64,000 nt of DNA from a virus. A program made the position numbers and the translations under genes. The notes beneath the pieces were generated by a model that did not search any database, was not told the DNA's origin, and saw only the letters and a list, made by a program, of their open reading frames with translations. How positions within the stretch are numbered: position 1 is the first letter of the stretch; every line of letters starts with the position of its first letter. Below, in pieces: positions 29,001 through 38,526 of the stretch. The DNA lies in the IMG/VR virus record IMGVR_UViG_3300045988_139374, positions 64,001 to 128,000 of that record, one strand, 5' to 3'.

Positions 29001-30236
29001 TTACTTATATCCAAAAGCTTTCATTGTATCAATTTCTGTAAGCTGAACGGTAGAATCATGGAATGCTTTCATAGACTTATTCTTATAAATAGAGAAAACT
29101 TGCATAAGAGTAAGTCCAACATTTTTAATTCCAAGTTTCTTATAGAAATTACCAGCACATGCATTACAGGGTTTTTCATGGGGGCAAAGATAAGCCATTC
29201 TCATCTTAACTTTCTTACCAATAAATTGATCTCGGTTTTGAGAATTAAGCTCAATTAGCTTACCATTGCTTCCTATAATATTGTTATACATATACTGGTT
29301 TACATTTTTAGGGGTTAGCTCTATTGTAATATGTCTATCAGTATGGCAATCAGTACCATCTTCATCCAAAATCAAGTCTTGATATGCCATAGTAGTAAGG
29401 TTCTCTAGATAGCCGCCACCTTCAGTTTTCTTACCACGAGAATATGCACCTTCTATGCCAGAATTAGAATATAGAGAATATTCTTCTCTCTTAATTCCTT
29501 CCATATAGTTAGAAGTAGCAATACGAAATTCTTGTTTAGAATCAGGGTTGGGATCTCTAGTAGCGCCTTTCCAGATAAACATATTTTTGAAATTATTATT
29601 AATATTAGATCTTGCTCCAGAAATAAAAGAATCCATTGCTGGATCATCTTTCAAAAGCTCCTTAGCATAAGCAATGAGTTCATCCTCGATTTGCTTAGCT
29701 ACAACAGTATCTCCAGCTTCAAGCTCCTTTTGATGCTCCTTAATTAGTTTATCCTTCAGTTTATCAATTTGAACACTACATGTCAAAAGATCTTCAGAAT
29801 AATTTGGAGCTAACACAGTAACAAATTGCATTGCAAACTGAGTCTTCATCAAATAATTCTTAAGGGTTTGAACAGAGATTCGATCTTCCATTAAAGCATA
29901 TGAAAGATCTTGGTTCATATCTTCCAACTGGCCACCATTGATAGTTTTATTTACATATCCAAACAATTCAAAAAGATCTTGCTCAATGAACCATTTGTTG
30001 AAAATCCAAATACCTACAGTGGTAGTAAAAGTATTTTTATTTTTGTGGTTTTCTGGACCATAATATCCAGGAGGAACCTTTAGAATATCATATGGATGGC
30101 ATTTACATTTACCATCATATTCACCAAATAGTCCAAAAATAAAAGAAGATGTGATTTTATCCTCTGTAATATTAAGGAGCTCTGCTTTAAGAGTAGGATC
30201 TGTAACTTCTGTAGATACTCTCTTCTTAACGGCCAT
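29001..30236 (-). CDS. RNA polymerase beta-prime-like subunit, C-terminal half (bridge helix to trigger loop)
   Basis: TTVGIWIFN, ISGARSNINNNFKNMFIWKGATRDP (compare ADSGARGS..QLAGMRGLM), NYMEGIKREEYSLYSNSG...KKTEGGGYLENL (compare [27 protein letters not shown].SGYL), CNACAGNFY and GLTLMQVF...MKAFHDS (compare GEPGTQLTMRTFH). Confidence 0.8.
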   Translation of the reverse strand: MAVKKRVSTEVTDPTLKAELLNITEDKITSSFIFGLFGEYDGKCKCHPYDILKVPPGYYGPENHKNKNTFTTTVGIWIFNKWFIEQDLFELFGYVNKTINGGQLEDMNQDLSYALMEDRISVQTLKNYLMKTQFAMQFVTVLAPNYSEDLLTCSVQIDKLKDKLIKEHQKELEAGDTVVAKQIEDELIAYAKELLKDDPAMDSFISGARSNINNNFKNMFIWKGATRDPNPDSKQEFRIATSNYMEGIKREEYSLYSNSGIEGAYSRGKKTEGGGYLENLTTMAYQDLILDEDGTDCHTDRHITIELTPKNVNQYMYNNIIGSNGKLIELNSQNRDQFIGKKVKMRMAYLCPHEKPCNACAGNFYKKLGIKNVGLTLMQVFSIYKNKSMKAFHDSTVQLTEIDTMKAFGYK

Positions 30237-30248
30237 AATTTACCTCCA

Positions 30249-31064
30249 TTAGAAGTAAATATGATAAGTAATATCAATACCCTTAGTAAGATCAATCAGA
30301 GGCTCATTAGGAATATTGAGCTGAGTCATAGGAGTAATATCCTGATACCAACGATAACCAGAAGACTCGTTATACCATGCGGTTAGCAGAGAAATAGAAT
30401 TGATCTTTGCATCATTGATAGAAGTAGTAGCTCTGAAATAATCACGGAAATCATCCTTAGTGATTCTCAGGTTCATCTCAACGAAAGTCTCAGCATCAGT
30501 TTCATTCTGAGAATCATACAGATTCTTATCAATGATCGTGCCATCTGTAAAGCGCATATACATCTTAGGATCAGACTCAAAAGCTTTGAAGTAATATGCA
30601 TAACGATCAGTTAGAGTCTTACGACCATAATACTTCTGACGAAGTTCATCAGTCAGATCATTCTGCTTCAGCTGATAACGGAAAGGAACTAGATCTCCAT
30701 TAGGAGCAATTCTCTTAGTATATCTTACAGGATAAACTGCAGAGTTTTCGGTACCGCAGCCTTGAGTTCCGCAGCAGAACAGGCAAATCTTAGGCAGATT
30801 TGCCGGAGAAGTACCATGTGCAACAGAATTTTCTAGAGATAGAGATTCATTATAAGTGGGCAAATGAACAAGTTCAGGAAGATTGAAACACTTCTCAGCA
30901 ACAAACTGAGAACCAGCAATAACAACTCTGTTATGAGTAGTTAGCAGAACTTCTCCAGTATCGATATCCTTAAAGATAACTTCACCACGCAGGAAAGGCT
31001 TATGAATATTTACATCTTCACGACTCTTTTGAGAGTCAAAGAATGTCAAATGTTTATCAGACAT
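30249..31064 (-). CDS. hypothetical (probably structural) protein
   Basis: I prefer ATG 31064 (GGAGG 8 nt upstream, MSDKHLTFF...) over the track start at 31079. Confidence 0.55.
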   Translation of the reverse strand: MSDKHLTFFDSQKSREDVNIHKPFLRGEVIFKDIDTGEVLLTTHNRVVIAGSQFVAEKCFNLPELVHLPTYNESLSLENSVAHGTSPANLPKICLFCCGTQGCGTENSAVYPVRYTKRIAPNGDLVPFRYQLKQNDLTDELRQKYYGRKTLTDRYAYYFKAFESDPKMYMRFTDGTIIDKNLYDSQNETDAETFVEMNLRITKDDFRDYFRATTSINDAKINSISLLTAWYNESSGYRWYQDITPMTQLNIPNEPLIDLTKGIDITYHIYF

Positions 31065-31114
31065 ATCTAAAACCTCCATTTTAGTTAATTATTTGAATGT
31101 TCCGGTATATAAGA

Positions 31115-34100
31115 TTACTGGTCGAATTGATGTGCAGGAAATTCTTGAGTATTAATAGAATAATAATCATCTATGAGATTATATCTTTCAGATTTAGACT
31201 GACTATGATTCATAGACTGTCTAGCATCATTCATAAGTAATACAGAATAGAAATCATAGAAATCAGATCTTGTAATATCATCTTGATATCTCATTCTATC
31301 CTCTAAGTATCTACTAATAAGAAGGATGCCAATATCTACGAGCCAATCATCTCTATAATAATCATCATAAGTATTATTATATTCTGTATGAATAGATTCC
31401 AAAATATTCACATGCTCTTCATATACTAGATCAATAAGCATATGAACAATAGCATCTACGGCATAATCATCAATTTCTTTAATGTAATGATTCTCCGCAT
31501 TAAACTCTTCAGAATTCATTGTAAGAGTTGTATAATGCTCTTTATAATCTCGAATGATTTTTTCTACTTGCTTATAATTATCAGAGTTATAATACTCAGA
31601 ATAATTTTTAGTAAGCCAAGTAGTAATATCAAACCAGACTTTATCAATCATTCTACATTTCTCTTTAGCAGTAAGACCTGTAGTCATACCTTGGATAGCA
31701 TCTTCTATTTTAATAATTTCACTCTTATCAAATAGATATTTAAGAAGAATATGATCAATTAATTGAACATAATTCTCAAATTTATCATCTATTGAATATA
31801 TAATAGAAGAATCATGAGTAAAGATCTTAAAAGACTTAAAGAAATCAATAACTTCTGTTACATATTGCTTAATGAAATCAATAGAAATAGAAGGCAATCC
31901 TGCAAATACAGTATCAAGATTAATTCTATCTTGATCTATATAATCCTTCATATAAGATACTATTGCTTGAATAGCATTTACACAAGCTTCCTGTCTTGTA
32001 TCTTTACTATTCATATTAAGAATTCTAGTGACAAAAGAGAATAGAGATCCATCTTTATATCTTAAGAATTCTCTATATGTATATGCCATTTTAGCAGTAC
32101 CAATTTTCTTAAGATCATTATTCTCTTTAATATACAAATCAAGATTATGATCTTCAGAGAATGTATCAGGTACTACGAAGCATAGATTATTATCATCGAT
32201 AGATTCTACAAGCCATTTCCAATCGCGAGTAAAATCATCAGGATTATGATAATCTTCTTCTTTAGGCAATACAATAAATTTAGATTTATATCCATTTGCT
32301 TTATATTTATCTACAATAGTATTATTACCAACAAGGAAATATTCCATGTTATAATTCATAGTAAGTAGACTCTTATAAAGATAACGATATGCATCATAAA
32401 TCTCTTTAGATGGAGGATTCCTCATGACTTTAATGATATGATCATAACAATCTTTATTTGTAAAGAAAATATCTTGAAGTTGTTTAAAAGAAATAATAGA
32501 GTTATTATCTGGAACTGCATATGTATCTACATGCAGATCCTTAAGTGTTAATCCTTTATGATTTTCTTCTAACCAAGCAGAAATCTTTGCCAAATCTGCT
32601 TCCATATTAAATCCTAGAATCTGTGCACATTTAGATCTAGTATCTACTATAGTATCTTCTACTCCATAATAGATATAGCTTAAAGAAAATAGAGCAATAA
32701 TAGTATCTACTAATTCAAATTTCTTTGTCGTAGATACATTAGGAAGATTAATCATAAGAGTAGATTTATCTACGTTATTATACATAAGAATATTCATAAA
32801 ATATCCTAAAGTAAAATTACGTTTTGCAAGATCAATAACTGCTTCTATAGAATAATACTTCGATCTCAGGACAGTAAAATCTAGATCTTTGATATCTTGT
32901 TTTACGTCTTTATATTGCTTATCTCCAGTCCAATATGCATCAGATTCTACTACAGTATCATATTTCAATACACTAGAGTCTTTACGGATATAATTATCAT
33001 ATTTATCAAGCAATGGAACCTTAATAAATTTCAAATCATAATCTTTATCGTTGTCTTCAGATACTATTGTATTACCCATTGAGTCTGTAGTAACTTTCTT
33101 TTCGTCGTAATAATCTAGAATGTCTTTAGAATTTACATATCTATCTTTCATGATATAATATCTAAAAACTTCAATATTCTCTGCTCCGAAAATAGAAACT
33201 ATATCAACGATGCATTTATCTGTAGATTTAAACTTAATAAGTTTATTAAGATTCTTTACCAAAGCAACTTGATACTTTAGAGGAATATCTTTAAAATACT
33301 TTACTCCATTAGATTCAAAGATATATTTACAAGTACGTGTATCAAATATATCTCGTCTAATAATATATTCAGGCAGCTCAACAATCAAATCAATGATTGT
33401 TTGAATAGTAAGAAAGATCATCATAAAATTATCGTAATAATCAGATCTATACTTATAAGCTTCTGAATATCCAGTATACAATAGATATAGTCTATTTGCT
33501 TCAAAGAGATCTTTAAATCTACGTTGTACTTCTTGAGCATCTGATTCTGGACAGTATAGAAGAGCAAATCTATCTGCAACTCGTGCATTATAATAATCTA
33601 CTTCTCTATCTCCAATATGCATTATATATCTTACATCAGATTGAGTAAGATCCCAAGATGCTAAAGTATTAGTATCATTGTAGATATTTTCGCATGTTCC
33701 ATTTTCACAGATCAAATTCTTCTGTGATACAGAAAGTTGATCAATTGGCTGATAATCAGAAACTACGATACGATTTCCATCATCATCGTAATCATATTCT
33801 TCTTTATAAAAAGCAGATACATGATCGATGCTTGTTGGAGTTACAGAATTGATATATTTAGTATCAATCCACAAACCTTTCCAAGCACCAGTTTCATCGT
33901 AATTAGGCTGACCATGAAGCATACGATAATAGTTATTTTGCTCTTCATAGTTATCCTTAAAAATCTGAATTGCTAAATTCAATAACTTCTGTCTATCAGC
34001 CTTTGGAATCAAGTTATTGTCTCTAGCAAATGCCGCAGCTGTTTCTTTAGAATATAGGTGCTCAAGAATCTCTTCATCATAATAGAAATTACTAAATGAT

Positions 34101-34285
34101 ATAGTATTATTACCTATTGCAACTAGTGTATCTCCATTAAGCATAGATTCTTTTGTCTCGTTTTTATTTGCCAAATCATAGTCTTTTACGACTATTCCAG
34201 TGGCAATTTGTCGAGCATTATATACTATTTCGTCCAGCAGAGGGTTATCTGTAAATACCTTGTTGGACAAGGATACTTTTTCCAT
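31115..34285 (-). CDS. large hypothetical protein (1056 aa)
   Basis: Long uninterrupted ORF with RBS TAGGAGGA. I found no RNAP motifs (no NADFDGD) and recognise no function. Confidence 0.6.
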   Translation of the reverse strand: MEKVSLSNKVFTDNPLLDEIVYNARQIATGIVVKDYDLANKNETKESMLNGDTLVAIGNNTISFSNFYYDEEILEHLYSKETAAAFARDNNLIPKADRQKLLNLAIQIFKDNYEEQNNYYRMLHGQPNYDETGAWKGLWIDTKYINSVTPTSIDHVSAFYKEEYDYDDDGNRIVVSDYQPIDQLSVSQKNLICENGTCENIYNDTNTLASWDLTQSDVRYIMHIGDREVDYYNARVADRFALLYCPESDAQEVQRRFKDLFEANRLYLLYTGYSEAYKYRSDYYDNFMMIFLTIQTIIDLIVELPEYIIRRDIFDTRTCKYIFESNGVKYFKDIPLKYQVALVKNLNKLIKFKSTDKCIVDIVSIFGAENIEVFRYYIMKDRYVNSKDILDYYDEKKVTTDSMGNTIVSEDNDKDYDLKFIKVPLLDKYDNYIRKDSSVLKYDTVVESDAYWTGDKQYKDVKQDIKDLDFTVLRSKYYSIEAVIDLAKRNFTLGYFMNILMYNNVDKSTLMINLPNVSTTKKFELVDTIIALFSLSYIYYGVEDTIVDTRSKCAQILGFNMEADLAKISAWLEENHKGLTLKDLHVDTYAVPDNNSIISFKQLQDIFFTNKDCYDHIIKVMRNPPSKEIYDAYRYLYKSLLTMNYNMEYFLVGNNTIVDKYKANGYKSKFIVLPKEEDYHNPDDFTRDWKWLVESIDDNNLCFVVPDTFSEDHNLDLYIKENNDLKKIGTAKMAYTYREFLRYKDGSLFSFVTRILNMNSKDTRQEACVNAIQAIVSYMKDYIDQDRINLDTVFAGLPSISIDFIKQYVTEVIDFFKSFKIFTHDSSIIYSIDDKFENYVQLIDHILLKYLFDKSEIIKIEDAIQGMTTGLTAKEKCRMIDKVWFDITTWLTKNYSEYYNSDNYKQVEKIIRDYKEHYTTLTMNSEEFNAENHYIKEIDDYAVDAIVHMLIDLVYEEHVNILESIHTEYNNTYDDYYRDDWLVDIGILLISRYLEDRMRYQDDITRSDFYDFYSVLLMNDARQSMNHSQSKSERYNLIDDYYSINTQEFPAHQFDQ

Positions 34286-34375
34286 TTACATCTTATCCTC
34301 CTATCTCTTAATAATTACATATATGTCAACTCTCTCATCCTCCACATTTCATTAATCTAAGGAGGTAAATTTATT

Positions 34376-35242
34376 ATGGAAACTAGTGTTGTTCAATATA
34401 ATAATGATACCAAAATTGCCGACTCTAAAGATATAAATGTATATCTTGCGCAGGAGTATATCAATACTCAAGATCCAATTCCAGCTATATATTTTCCTAG
34501 ATGTGAATATCCATTAACTTTCTATCAGACTAGAGATACTCTAGCAGATATGGATAAATATAAAGCATTTATAGACAATTGCACTCATAGATTCAGAAAA
34601 TCTAGAACATATAAATCTTATAAATCATATCTTATGAGTATGGGTCTTGATAGATGTCAAGTTATTGGAAATATTCAAGATGGAATGGCTAATATAGAAA
34701 TGCATCATAATTTTCTCACTATTTATGATATTACTATATTAATATCTCAGCATATTTTAAATACTGCTGGCAGATGCACTACATTTGATATAGTAGCCCT
34801 ATTGATGCAAGAGCATAGAAATAATAATATTCCTATCGTAATGCTTTCAGAAACAGTCCATCAGCTATATCATGACAATCCAGATTTTTATATTCCTATT
34901 TCTATGACATTTGGTAAATGGTGGGATCTGCTAATAAAATATAGATATGGAATAACTCTTGATATTGCCTACAAAGTAGTAAAATATATTCAAAATTGTC
35001 AGAGAAATAATGAATTAAATTCTGTAGAATTTTTCAAACTGTCTGATGATATTAAGAATTGGGGAGAATATAATGAATACAATTATTATAACAATTATTG
35101 TGGCAACATTGTTAATTATGGTTACGGCAATAATAGTAACTCTAAGTTTGAGTTTAACACGCCTGTTGAAAACTCTTCTCCGGATCTCAGAAATTCGGCA
35201 GGAGTCGGACAAATTCTCACTGCAAACGAAATATACGGTTAA
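34376..35242 (+). CDS. hypothetical protein, IEMHH...TxHQLYH family (paralog of 60258..61070)
   Basis: RBS AAGGAGG. Shares ...NIEMHHNF... and SETVHQLYHDNPDFYIP with the 60258 gene product (KIEIHHTPF, ATEHELVHNGYLFIP). The tail is N/Y-rich and low-complexity. Confidence 0.55.
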   Translation: METSVVQYNNDTKIADSKDINVYLAQEYINTQDPIPAIYFPRCEYPLTFYQTRDTLADMDKYKAFIDNCTHRFRKSRTYKSYKSYLMSMGLDRCQVIGNIQDGMANIEMHHNFLTIYDITILISQHILNTAGRCTTFDIVALLMQEHRNNNIPIVMLSETVHQLYHDNPDFYIPISMTFGKWWDLLIKYRYGITLDIAYKVVKYIQNCQRNNELNSVEFFKLSDDIKNWGEYNEYNYYNNYCGNIVNYGYGNNSNSKFEFNTPVENSSPDLRNSAGVGQILTANEIYG

Positions 35243-35561
35243 AGAATCTAGAGATCTACTAGAATATCTTATAAATCAAAAGCTTGCAGAGTGGCAAATC
35301 TATAATCTAAATCCTGAGACAGAAAATTATATGTCTCAGAATAGTATGGATAATTGTATTGTCTATATTATTAAAGGAATCATCAATGAAATGACTCCTG
35401 TTCAAAAGATGATTCTTTCTGTAGGTTATCCTATGGAAACAGAAGCTGAACAAATTGAGAGTATAAAAAATAAAGCAAAGTTTGTTGTATTAAATTATTC
35501 TATTGAACAAAATACTCCTAAAGAACAAGGAGAATCGTTAAAGAATATTAATACATTTTAA
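35073..35561 (+). CDS. membrane-anchored hypothetical protein
   Basis: ATG 35073 after GGGGAG. N-terminal TM TIIITIIVATLLIMVTAIIVTL. Overlaps the previous ORF by 170 nt in another frame. Confidence 0.5.
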   Translation: MNTIIITIIVATLLIMVTAIIVTLSLSLTRLLKTLLRISEIRQESDKFSLQTKYTVKESRDLLEYLINQKLAEWQIYNLNPETENYMSQNSMDNCIVYIIKGIINEMTPVQKMILSVGYPMETEAEQIESIKNKAKFVVLNYSIEQNTPKEQGESLKNINTF

Positions 35562-35707
35562 TTTTTAATCCTATAACAATTTATTACTCGGAAAGATGTA
35601 TTGAGCAAAGTGTATCTTTCTGATATATCTGATTGGTAGGCTTCATAAAAGATCTCTCACATCTTTGTTTCTCTTTCAACCTCACAAATTGATAAGAAAT
35701 TCTTACT

Positions 35708-35722
35708 AATCAGATATTATAT
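35708..35722 (+). promoter_or_regulatory. promoter-like motif AATCAGATATTATAT abutting tRNA-Gly
   Basis: Same box as the other eight copies. The tRNA 5' end starts at the next base. Confidence 0.5.
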
Positions 35723-35798
35723 GCAGCTGTAGTTCAATTGGTAGAGCGTCTGCCTTCCACGCAGAATGTTGCGAGTTCGAGTCTCGTTAGCTGCTCCA
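35723..35798 (+). tRNA. tRNA-Gly (anticodon TCC), CCA encoded
   Basis: Hand-folded cloverleaf: acceptor GCAGCTG/TAGCTGC, D GTTC/GAGC, anticodon stem TCTGC/GCAGA with loop CTTCCAC, T GCGAG-TTCGAGT-CTCGT. Confidence 0.85.
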
Positions 35799-35939
35799 TT
35801 AGAATTTAGGTTTTGGCTTTCCCTAAATTCTAAAAATTCCATCTTTTCGTCAACGTTCGTATTTTTTCACATCCATCCGCATTTGTTCCTTTCTGTTTTT
35901 CTCTCGGCTAGTACTCTGGCTAGTCGAGAGTTTTTATGA

Positions 35940-36010
35940 TGCGCCATCGCCAAGCGGTAAGGCAGGGGACTTTGACTCCCCCATCGTAGGTTCGACTCCT
36001 GCTGGCGCAA
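35940..36010 (+). tRNA. tRNA-Gln (anticodon TTG)
   Basis: Acceptor TGCGCCA/TGGCGCA, D region TCGCCAAGCGGTAAGGCA (as in bacterial tRNA-Gln), anticodon stem GGGGA/TCCCC with loop CTTTGAC, T GTAGG-TTCGACT-CCTGC. Confidence 0.85.
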
Positions 36011-36015
36011 TTTAT

Positions 36016-36104
36016 GCTGGAGTAGCTCAGCTGGCCAGAGCGGATGTTTTGTAAGCATCGTGCCTTTACGGATCTCGCAGGTTCGAATCCTGTCTCCAGC
36101 TCCA
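36016..36104 (+). tRNA. tRNA-like gene, anticodon TGT (Thr) with atypical 17-nt variable region, CCA encoded
   Basis: Acceptor GCTGGAG/CTCCAGC, D GCTC/GAGC, anticodon stem GATGT/GCATC with loop TTTGTAA, T GCAGG-TTCGAAT-CCTGT. However, 17 nt (GTGCCTTTACGGATCTC) lie between the anticodon and T arms. Confidence 0.6.
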
Positions 36105-36160
36105 TTTCTTCTATCATTCTCTTCATGTTCAACTCCTTTCTCGTTTCAAAAAAAAATAAT

Positions 36161-36196
36161 AGAGGTAGGGATTTGATTCCCTACCTCTATTTATTT
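36161..36196. terminator. bidirectional terminator AGAGGTAGGGA/TCCCTACCTCT
   Basis: 11-bp stem flanked by A9 and T-rich tracts. Ends both the tRNA cluster (+) and gene 36198..37010 (-). Confidence 0.75.
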
Positions 36197-36197
36197 G

Positions 36198-37010
36198 TCA
36201 ATGAACAGATCTTCTATATAAGTCAGATACAATACTCATCAGATCTCTTAGAATTAGTAGATTACGATTGATATCTATTACCTTGATCATGCTATCATCG
36301 ATCTCACCCAATGAAGCAGCTCTGTAAAACGTATTAATCGTATATCCAGAGAATGAATCAAAGTTTCTATAATACTGTTTAGGAAGAGATCTAGTAATGA
36401 ATGCCTCATACATATTAGCCATCCATTTCATAGTACCTTTAATATCTTCCCGTTGAAGTTTGTAACAGAGATTACATATTAAATCTAGCATTCCATCTTG
36501 ATGTAAAATTAGCATATCGTCTCCGATACCTTTTACATCAATATTGGTATTGACAATTCCACTTACAGGGTCTACGATATCTCCATAATAAATTTCGAGA
36601 TCAGCAGCTTGCAAGTACACGGTGTAAACATTTTTGACTTTAAATTCAAATGGTGGAAATATTGTAGATGCAAGATTCCTACCAGCAATAAACATTGCAT
36701 CGTTTTTTACAGAAACTACTTCAGAATCTTCAATATTATTTGCAAATACCAATCGTCTCTTTGCTTCAATAATTCCCTTTTGAATATCTTTATATACCGA
36801 TTTGTCTTTCTTTATCCAAAGGCCAATTTTAGTCTCTCGTTCATTTCTATCCATTGCTAAATAGATTTTATGATCTTCCACACTTATGCGCTTAGTGTAT
36901 AATAGAGCATTAATATTAGCCTTAGATAAATCATACTCACGGATAAAAGTATTTATAAAGTATTTATATTGAGTTTTATAATTCAAAGATCTCCATAATT
37001 CTGTCGGCAT
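36198..37010 (-). CDS. hypothetical protein
   Basis: 270-aa ORF. Only weak polymerase-palm-like strings are present (see rejected list). Confidence 0.55.
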   Translation of the reverse strand: MPTELWRSLNYKTQYKYFINTFIREYDLSKANINALLYTKRISVEDHKIYLAMDRNERETKIGLWIKKDKSVYKDIQKGIIEAKRRLVFANNIEDSEVVSVKNDAMFIAGRNLASTIFPPFEFKVKNVYTVYLQAADLEIYYGDIVDPVSGIVNTNIDVKGIGDDMLILHQDGMLDLICNLCYKLQREDIKGTMKWMANMYEAFITRSLPKQYYRNFDSFSGYTINTFYRAASLGEIDDSMIKVIDINRNLLILRDLMSIVSDLYRRSVH

Positions 37011-37036
37011 CTTGCATAACCCCTTTTATTGGCATA

Positions 37037-37258
37037 TTAAGGATAACCAGAAGAGAGATCAGATCTACTAATAGTTTCTGTAGTATCTCTTCCGCACTCT
37101 GGACATTTCATTCTGTACTGATCAAATAGTAAGCTATTATTTTTAGCTACTGTATGAATAGTTTCAGAAATTGTAGCTGTCCATTCACATTGACAATATG
37201 TGCACTTAAAGCTTATTTCTTTAAGTGTTCCATGTTTGATGATTTTCAATAAACTCAC
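37037..37258 (-). CDS. small zinc-ribbon protein
   Basis: CTYCQC...CPECG. The start is ambiguous between GTG 37258 and TTG 37249, which lies 8 nt after AAGGAGG. Confidence 0.5.
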   Translation of the reverse strand: MSLLKIIKHGTLKEISFKCTYCQCEWTATISETIHTVAKNNSLLFDQYRMKCPECGRDTTETISRSDLSSGYP

Positions 37259-37264
37259 CTCCTT

Positions 37265-37792
37265 TTAATAATCATCACTTATAGGAAGAGTATTTGTCAT
37301 AATCTGGTTCTCAACAGATAATGTCAAATATCTCTTACGGTCGTTATCGAAATTTTGAATTCCCATTACTGACATAAAGTCGCATCCATCTTGCGGAATA
37401 TAGTTTATGTCCTCTGCATTGTTTATGATTGAATATTTAATATCATATCTTGTCTGAATCAATTTCATAAAAGATTCATTTAGAATAGATACATAATCAG
37501 CATTGATATAGTCTGCAATACAGACATATACATGCCGCCCATCATATAGTGCAGTAAGAATAGACATAAGAGATGAACAAGCTGTAGGATCATTTAATAC
37601 ATAATTATAGTACCATGCATCAAAAGATCTTTCAACTTGTTCTCCCATTTCAACAGATGGATATAATGACTTATCAGGAGGGTTTACAAACAATCCAGGA
37701 AGTTTTTCGATATACTGTGTCGGAGAAGAGAGATTAAATACAGTAAAGTCAGAATTTCTCGGAATTGCTCTAAAAGGTCCAAAGACAAGCAT
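37265..37792 (-). CDS. hypothetical protein, paralog of 37807..38508
   Basis: Shares a PPxxxxY...F..Y..Y...D.......L...LY.G block with the upstream gene product. Confidence 0.55.
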   Translation of the reverse strand: MLVFGPFRAIPRNSDFTVFNLSSPTQYIEKLPGLFVNPPDKSLYPSVEMGEQVERSFDAWYYNYVLNDPTACSSLMSILTALYDGRHVYVCIADYINADYVSILNESFMKLIQTRYDIKYSIINNAEDINYIPQDGCDFMSVMGIQNFDNDRKRYLTLSVENQIMTNTLPISDDY

Positions 37793-37806
37793 TATATTAC
37801 CACCAC

Positions 37807-38508
37807 TTATCCAAACGTAACTGCTGCTTTGAGCAAAGATACTCCTCCAGTAGCCATCATCAGATTCTTTGCATCATAGTAGATTGTCATAGGATCAACT
37901 CCAGGACCAGCCATAGGAGCCAATTCCATACGAAGCTTTCTATCTGCTTCTGGAGATCTAGACAATGGATCGGAAAATGCTAGATACTTAGAAAGATTCA
38001 TATAATTGTTTACATACAAAATATCTGCTATGTGGCCATCATATCTAATATCATGTGCATATGGAGTATCAATACCAGTACCAATTGTAATACCAAATCT
38101 GGTAAAGAAATACAATAGTAGAGTATTGGTCCATAATGCATCATCTTCCAGATGACTAGGAGTATACAGAATGATATTACCACCATAGCTGAGATACATT
38201 AGCATGCTTCCAATGAACTCTTGAACAGTAGAATCATAATCAAGATAATCATTGTATTCATTAATGAATCCTTCAGAGTCTCCATCTATTTCCTTATACA
38301 TTGCACTAGGAGGAGGACAAAGAATTGTAGCCTTCTGACAATGCTCAGGAAACCAAACCTCAAGCATATTATCTGTCTCATCCATATCCATACAGATTAC
38401 TGTATTAGGATTGAGAGCTGCCCCAGGAGGGGGCATTCTCATGAGATTGTTTTTCAATACATCGATGTGAGGTTCATCGATGATATACATGGTGCCGGTA
38501 AGAAGCAT
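37807..38508 (-). CDS. hypothetical protein
   Basis: 233-aa ORF with RBS AAGAGGAAG. Confidence 0.55.
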   Translation of the reverse strand: MLLTGTMYIIDEPHIDVLKNNLMRMPPPGAALNPNTVICMDMDETDNMLEVWFPEHCQKATILCPPPSAMYKEIDGDSEGFINEYNDYLDYDSTVQEFIGSMLMYLSYGGNIILYTPSHLEDDALWTNTLLLYFFTRFGITIGTGIDTPYAHDIRYDGHIADILYVNNYMNLSKYLAFSDPLSRSPEADRKLRMELAPMAGPGVDPMTIYYDAKNLMMATGGVSLLKAAVTFG

Positions 38509-38526
38509 AATATCACTTCCTCTTAA

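Noticed and set aside
35634-35718. Long-range inverted repeat ATATCTGATT ... AATCAGATAT upstream of tRNA-Gly
   Set aside because: The right arm is simply the promoter-like box. The left arm is a partial reverse copy, and I could not find a convincing conserved structure between them.
35867-36132. Two minus-strand ORFs (63 and 70 aa)
   Set aside because: They run straight through the tRNA-Gln and tRNA-Thr-like genes and are not credible as coding.
36198-37010. Missing polymerase half: strings EYDLSKANINAL and VKNDAMFIA vaguely resemble Pol motif A and C
   Set aside because: The catalytic acidic residues are not conserved, there is no motif B, and the protein is too short (270 aa). The resemblance is too weak to report as a call.
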